DNA from: Bacteroidia bacterium
GTDB taxonomy: Bacteria > Bacteroidota > Bacteroidia > M30B66
NCBI GenBank assembly: GCA_965279035.1
Contig: OZ257142.1
Coordinates: 928,001 to 992,000 of the forward strand
Direction of reading: 5' to 3'
DNA length: 64,000 nt
A program made the position numbers and the translations under genes. Positions 60,597 to 64,000 of this stretch are shown here, in pieces. The notes below the pieces were generated by a model. The model had not been told where the DNA came from. It made no database searches and saw only the letters and a program-made list of their open reading frames with translations. How positions within the stretch are numbered: the stretch's first letter is position 1; each line of letters starts with the position of its first letter.

Positions 60597-60623
60597 ACTG
60601 TTCTCATTTTTTTTTAGAAATCG

Positions 60624-60654
60624 TTTGGAGAATTCAAAAAACAACCTACTTTTG
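60624..60654 (+). promoter_or_regulatory. Canonical Bacteroidota promoter TTTG-N19-TACTTTTG for rpmH
   Basis: -33 TTTG at 60624-60627 and -7 element at 60647-60654. Confidence 0.75.
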
Positions 60655-60674
60655 CGTTCCCAAATTTTAGAGCC

Positions 60675-60833
60675 ATGGTAAGAACGTATCAGCCCTCGAT
60701 CCGGAAGAGAAGAAACAAACACGGGTTCCGTGAACGCATGTCGTCCGCTAATGGTCGTCGTGTATTGGCTGCACGTCGTGCCCGCGGCAGAAAACGTTTG
60801 ACAGTGTCAAGCGATAAGCTACACAAGCGTTAA
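60675..60833 (+). CDS. rpmH: 50S ribosomal protein L34 (not in the ORF track)
   Basis: Translates to [52 protein letters not shown] (52 aa). Confidence 0.97.
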   Translation: MVRTYQPSIRKRRNKHGFRERMSSANGRRVLAARRARGRKRLTVSSDKLHKR

Positions 60834-60853
60834 TTTCATCCAAAAATATCCGG

Positions 60854-60877
60854 AAGCGGCCTTGTGCCGCTTTTTTT
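60854..60877 (+). terminator. Intrinsic terminator after rpmH
   Basis: AAGCGGC-cttgt-GCCGCTT followed by a T-run. Confidence 0.85.
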
Positions 60878-61679
60878 ATGCCTTCCAATAAAGGGCAAGA
60901 AGCTTTGCTGCTTTATCGCTTAATAGATTGTGTCCAGCTTCAAGTTCAATGAGTTGAATTCCATGAAGTTTTGACCTAGCCGTATTCCGTGTTTTGGAAA
61001 ATGGAATTACTTTATCTGTTTTACCCAAAATACACAATGCAGCAATTTTTCTTTTCTCCATGTATTGTTGAATAATACTGTATTGCGGTATCGCTTTCCG
61101 ATATGCCATCCAGGTATCAAACAATTGTTGTCTCTTCGACAAAGTGCTTATTTCATTGTAGTAGAAATCGCCCACTTTTTTAGGTAGAATTTTTAACGAA
61201 ACCCCAAGTTTAATTAATCCAAAGGCAAAATTGGGTGATTGAATAAAACTTCGGAAAATGAAATTTCCCATGCGGTTTTGTGTGAGCAAACGATACGTTT
61301 TAGAAACTGGCAAACCATCTGGAGCAAGCAAAATCATTTCAGAAATCCATTGGGGAAACCAACTCGATAAACTCAGTACGATTCTACCACCAATTGAGAA
61401 TCCGATTAAGCCAACTTGTGTTTGACCTAACTTCTCTAAGATTGCTTCCATCCATAGTTTCGCATACGATTCATCGAACAAGAAACCCTTTTTAATTTCA
61501 GCATTGTCACCGTGAAATGCTAAGTCAATGGCGAGTATGCTGTATTTGTCTTTAGTAATTTCTGAAAAATGTTGGAACAGAGAAGAATGCTGTCCATATC
61601 CATGAAAGGCAATTAACCAGGTTTTTCCCGAACCGAAGCACTTAGCATTCCATCGAATATCTCCGGCTTGAAATTCCAT
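60876..61679 (-). CDS. Alpha/beta hydrolase
   Basis: FHGYG, IDLAFHG, nucleophile elbow GFSIGG, G.TD.VIP and AGH. Confidence 0.88.
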   Translation of the reverse strand: MEFQAGDIRWNAKCFGSGKTWLIAFHGYGQHSSLFQHFSEITKDKYSILAIDLAFHGDNAEIKKGFLFDESYAKLWMEAILEKLGQTQVGLIGFSIGGRIVLSLSSWFPQWISEMILLAPDGLPVSKTYRLLTQNRMGNFIFRSFIQSPNFAFGLIKLGVSLKILPKKVGDFYYNEISTLSKRQQLFDTWMAYRKAIPQYSIIQQYMEKRKIAALCILGKTDKVIPFSKTRNTARSKLHGIQLIELEAGHNLLSDKAAKLLALYWKA

Positions 61680-61771
61680 TTCTCAATTTAGAACAATGAA
61701 AGTAATGATTCCTTTGAGATTTCAAATCAACAAACAGAAAGTAGCAATGTTGAATTTATACCTTTGAAGCC

Positions 61772-63094
61772 TTGGAAGTCCTGCTAACACTATTTTATTT
61801 CCTCATTGCACTTTTCATTGTTTGGAAGTGGAAAGCCTTTTATATCCCCGGATTACCTCGTTATTCAGCCCCAGTCATCTTCCTACTTAAATTTATAGCA
61901 GGGCTAGGCTTAGCTTGGGTTTATAAAGAATATTATACAGATCGATCAACAGCAGATATTTACAAACTCTTTGATGATTCCCGGTATATGGCTGATGCGC
62001 TCTACGATAAACCGGGCGATTTCTTTAAAATGATCTCGGGGCTAGATCAAAATGCCCCCTATTTCGATCATTACTATTTTCAAATGAATAATTGGTATCG
62101 TCCGTATGATGTTGAAACCGGCGTTTATAATGATACCAGAACTTTAATCCGTTTGAATGCAATCGTTCGGATTTTCTCGTTCGGAATATACTCTGTGCAT
62201 ATTTTAGTGTGGTGTTTCATTTCATTATTAGGGCTTTCCTTTATCTACCGAACCTTTTATCGTTTCAATAACGATCATCCCTATTTATTCGCTGGATCCA
62301 TCTTTCTATTGCCTTCTGTGCTTTGCTGGGGATCGGGAGTTTTAAAAGAAGGACTTGTTTTTTTGTTGATTGGTGTATTTGTTTCGGCACTTTTCCGATG
62401 GACGATGGTGAAGTTTCGATGGATTTATCCTGTGATGATTATTGCTTCTATCCTCGGGTTTTATCTGTTGAAGATTTACATTCTCATTGCTTTGATTCCA
62501 GGATCAATCGCTTTAATCGTCTGTAAAATCAACCAGTTTAAGCGAGTTCGGATTTGGTTCTTTACGAGTTTAGTTGTTATTGGAATCATTGGGTTAAACA
62601 TCCAGTATATCATTCCATCCATCAATTTTCTCGAAATAATTGCACTCAAGCAACAAGCAATTCTTCGCTTAGCTTATTATACTGATTCGGGAAGTGTATT
62701 AGAAGTAAATCCTTTGCAACCTTCATTTCTTAGTATGATGCGAAATCTGCCTGAAGCCTTATTCAATGCAGCATTTCGGCCAAGTATTATTGATGCTACC
62801 AATATGCTTCAATGGTTTGCTGCTTTTGAAAACGCCTTTATCATCATTTGTTTTTTTCTAGCCATTGGCTTGTACAAACCTCAAGTTGATCCTGTAAAAA
62901 GAGCCGCTGGATTGTTTTGCATCAGCTTCGTTTTTGTTTTGTATGCAATCATTGGCTTAAGTACTCCTATTTTAGGAACGCTCGTCCGTTTTAGAATGCC
63001 AGCTTTACCTTTCTTATTTATTGCTTTCCTTTTGTTTTCGGATATCCCTCGTCTGATTGCAATTAAAAATGAATTACTCCACAATGGAAAATGA
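61772..63094 (+). CDS. Polytopic membrane protein (about 10-11 TM), possibly GT-C or Wzy-like
   Basis: Many TMs, a conserved-looking loop with D...F, LPSVLCWGSGVLKE and GTLVRFR. TTG start 5 nt after TACCTTTG (61759-61766). Confidence 0.7.
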   Translation: MEVLLTLFYFLIALFIVWKWKAFYIPGLPRYSAPVIFLLKFIAGLGLAWVYKEYYTDRSTADIYKLFDDSRYMADALYDKPGDFFKMISGLDQNAPYFDHYYFQMNNWYRPYDVETGVYNDTRTLIRLNAIVRIFSFGIYSVHILVWCFISLLGLSFIYRTFYRFNNDHPYLFAGSIFLLPSVLCWGSGVLKEGLVFLLIGVFVSALFRWTMVKFRWIYPVMIIASILGFYLLKIYILIALIPGSIALIVCKINQFKRVRIWFFTSLVVIGIIGLNIQYIIPSINFLEIIALKQQAILRLAYYTDSGSVLEVNPLQPSFLSMMRNLPEALFNAAFRPSIIDATNMLQWFAAFENAFIIICFFLAIGLYKPQVDPVKRAAGLFCISFVFVLYAIIGLSTPILGTLVRFRMPALPFLFIAFLLFSDIPRLIAIKNELLHNGK

Positions 63095-63845
63095 AACACT
63101 ATTAATTTCAGGAGCTACTTCTGGAATTGGCTTGGCTACCGCAGTTTTATTGGCAAAACAAGGGCGCTCACTCATCATCACAGGAAGAAGAAAAGATCGT
63201 CTCGAGCAACTTAAAAGAGAATTGGAAAACAAAGGGGCAAAGGTGTTAATTGGAGCTTTTGATATTCAAAGTCGTACCGAAACAGAAGCTTTTGCTCAAT
63301 CCATTCCAGCTTCTTTCAGAAACATACGTGTTTTAGTTAACAATGCTGGCCTTGCTGCAGGATTGAGCCCAATTCAAGAAGGCAATCCCGACGATTGGGA
63401 TCAAATGATTGACACAAATTTGAAAGGCTTACTGTATTTAAGTAGAGCTATTTTACCCTTGATGGAGAAAGTTGAAGGAGCTCAAATCATCAACGTAAGT
63501 TCTATAGCTGGCAAAGAAGTTTATCCCAATGGTAATGTGTATTGTGCAAGCAAACATGCTGTTGATGCCTTAACGAGGTCGATGAGAATTGATTTATTAT
63601 CGAAAGGAATCCGAGTAAGTTCAGTAAGTCCGGGAATGGTAGAAACTGAGTTTTCCTTGGTTCGATTTAAAGGTGATTCAGAACGGGCATCTGCTGTTTA
63701 CAAAGGAATGCAGCCTCTTTTAGCCGAAGATGTTGCAGAAACAATCCGATACATAATAGAAACTCCCTATCGGATTTCCATTGCTGATATTCTCGTTCTT
63801 CCTGCGTCACAGGCGGCATCAAGAGATGTTATAAGAACTGCTTGA
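63084..63845 (+). CDS. NADP-dependent short-chain dehydrogenase (YdfG-like)
   Basis: Start moved to ATG 63084. SGATSGIG, GRR, LVNNAG, YCASK and PGMVETEFS. Confidence 0.92.
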   Translation: MENETLLISGATSGIGLATAVLLAKQGRSLIITGRRKDRLEQLKRELENKGAKVLIGAFDIQSRTETEAFAQSIPASFRNIRVLVNNAGLAAGLSPIQEGNPDDWDQMIDTNLKGLLYLSRAILPLMEKVEGAQIINVSSIAGKEVYPNGNVYCASKHAVDALTRSMRIDLLSKGIRVSSVSPGMVETEFSLVRFKGDSERASAVYKGMQPLLAEDVAETIRYIIETPYRISIADILVLPASQAASRDVIRTA

Positions 63846-64000
63846 TCTTTTTTGAATAGCTTTCACTTTCGGATCCATGACTCTAAACCATATAGGTGGT
63901 ATAAGTGAAAGAAGCATCATTCCTGGATATCCAGTAGGTAATTGTGGACAATCGTCATAATGCTTTAAGGTTTGATATTTTTTCGACGCTTTATAATGAT
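63819..64000 (-). CDS. C-terminal fragment of an alkane 1-monooxygenase (AlkB)-like membrane di-iron hydroxylase (not in the ORF track)
   Basis: The - strand reads HYKASKKYQTLKHYDDCPQLPTGYPGMMLLSLIPPIWFRVMDPKV...*, matching the AlkB tail that follows the HSDHH box. Stop at 63821-63819. Confidence 0.85.
   Translation of the reverse strand, partial: HYKASKKYQTLKHYDDCPQLPTGYPGMMLLSLIPPIWFRVMDPKVKAIQKRSSSSYNIS

Noticed and set aside
635-63099. Numerous 60-125 aa ORFs antisense to or nested within long genes (for example 5228..5572, 9956..10318, 15829..16206, 55427..55762, 56772..57077)
   Set aside because: Shadow frames of well-supported genes with no recognisable motifs.
1-64000. CRISPR array, IS/transposase, prophage, or defence or toxin-antitoxin system
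   Set aside because: No regularly spaced direct repeats, and no ORF with transposase, integrase, phage, Cas or nuclease-effector motifs. The DnaQ-like gene is coupled to E2 in a housekeeping context.

Overview
A gene-dense, AT-rich stretch of core chromosome from a Bacteroidota bacterium. The phylum call rests on T9SS C-terminal domains, TAnnTTTG -7 promoter elements, Gln after signal peptides, and rbfA-lolE, guaA-LysM and ftsK-lolA gene order. Most genes are housekeeping: pheS, argS, rbfA, ffh, folD, queE, guaA, hemF, ftsK, lolA, mltG, trmD, rplS, rpmH, bioB, bioF, mqnE and tRNA-Asn(GTT). There are also T9SS cargo genes (two M43 pappalysin-like proteases and a 1227-aa type-B-CTD protein), glycosyltransferases and OmpA-domain proteins. 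I found no mobile element, prophage or CRISPR array. The ORF track missed rpmH (60675..60833), tRNA-Asn and the 3' end of an AlkB-like gene at the right edge. Most worth a second look: (i) a FIST / multi-PAS kinase / Rcp1-like receiver / hybrid kinase cassette with no DNA-binding output; (ii) a seven-CxxCH cytochrome-TPR protein between a GNAT gene and mltG; (iii) a duplicated palindrome AAGTAA-N5-TTACTT between the divergent arginase-argS and arginine decarboxylase genes, a candidate operator of an unknown regulator. All calls come from reading motifs by eye; no database searches were run.
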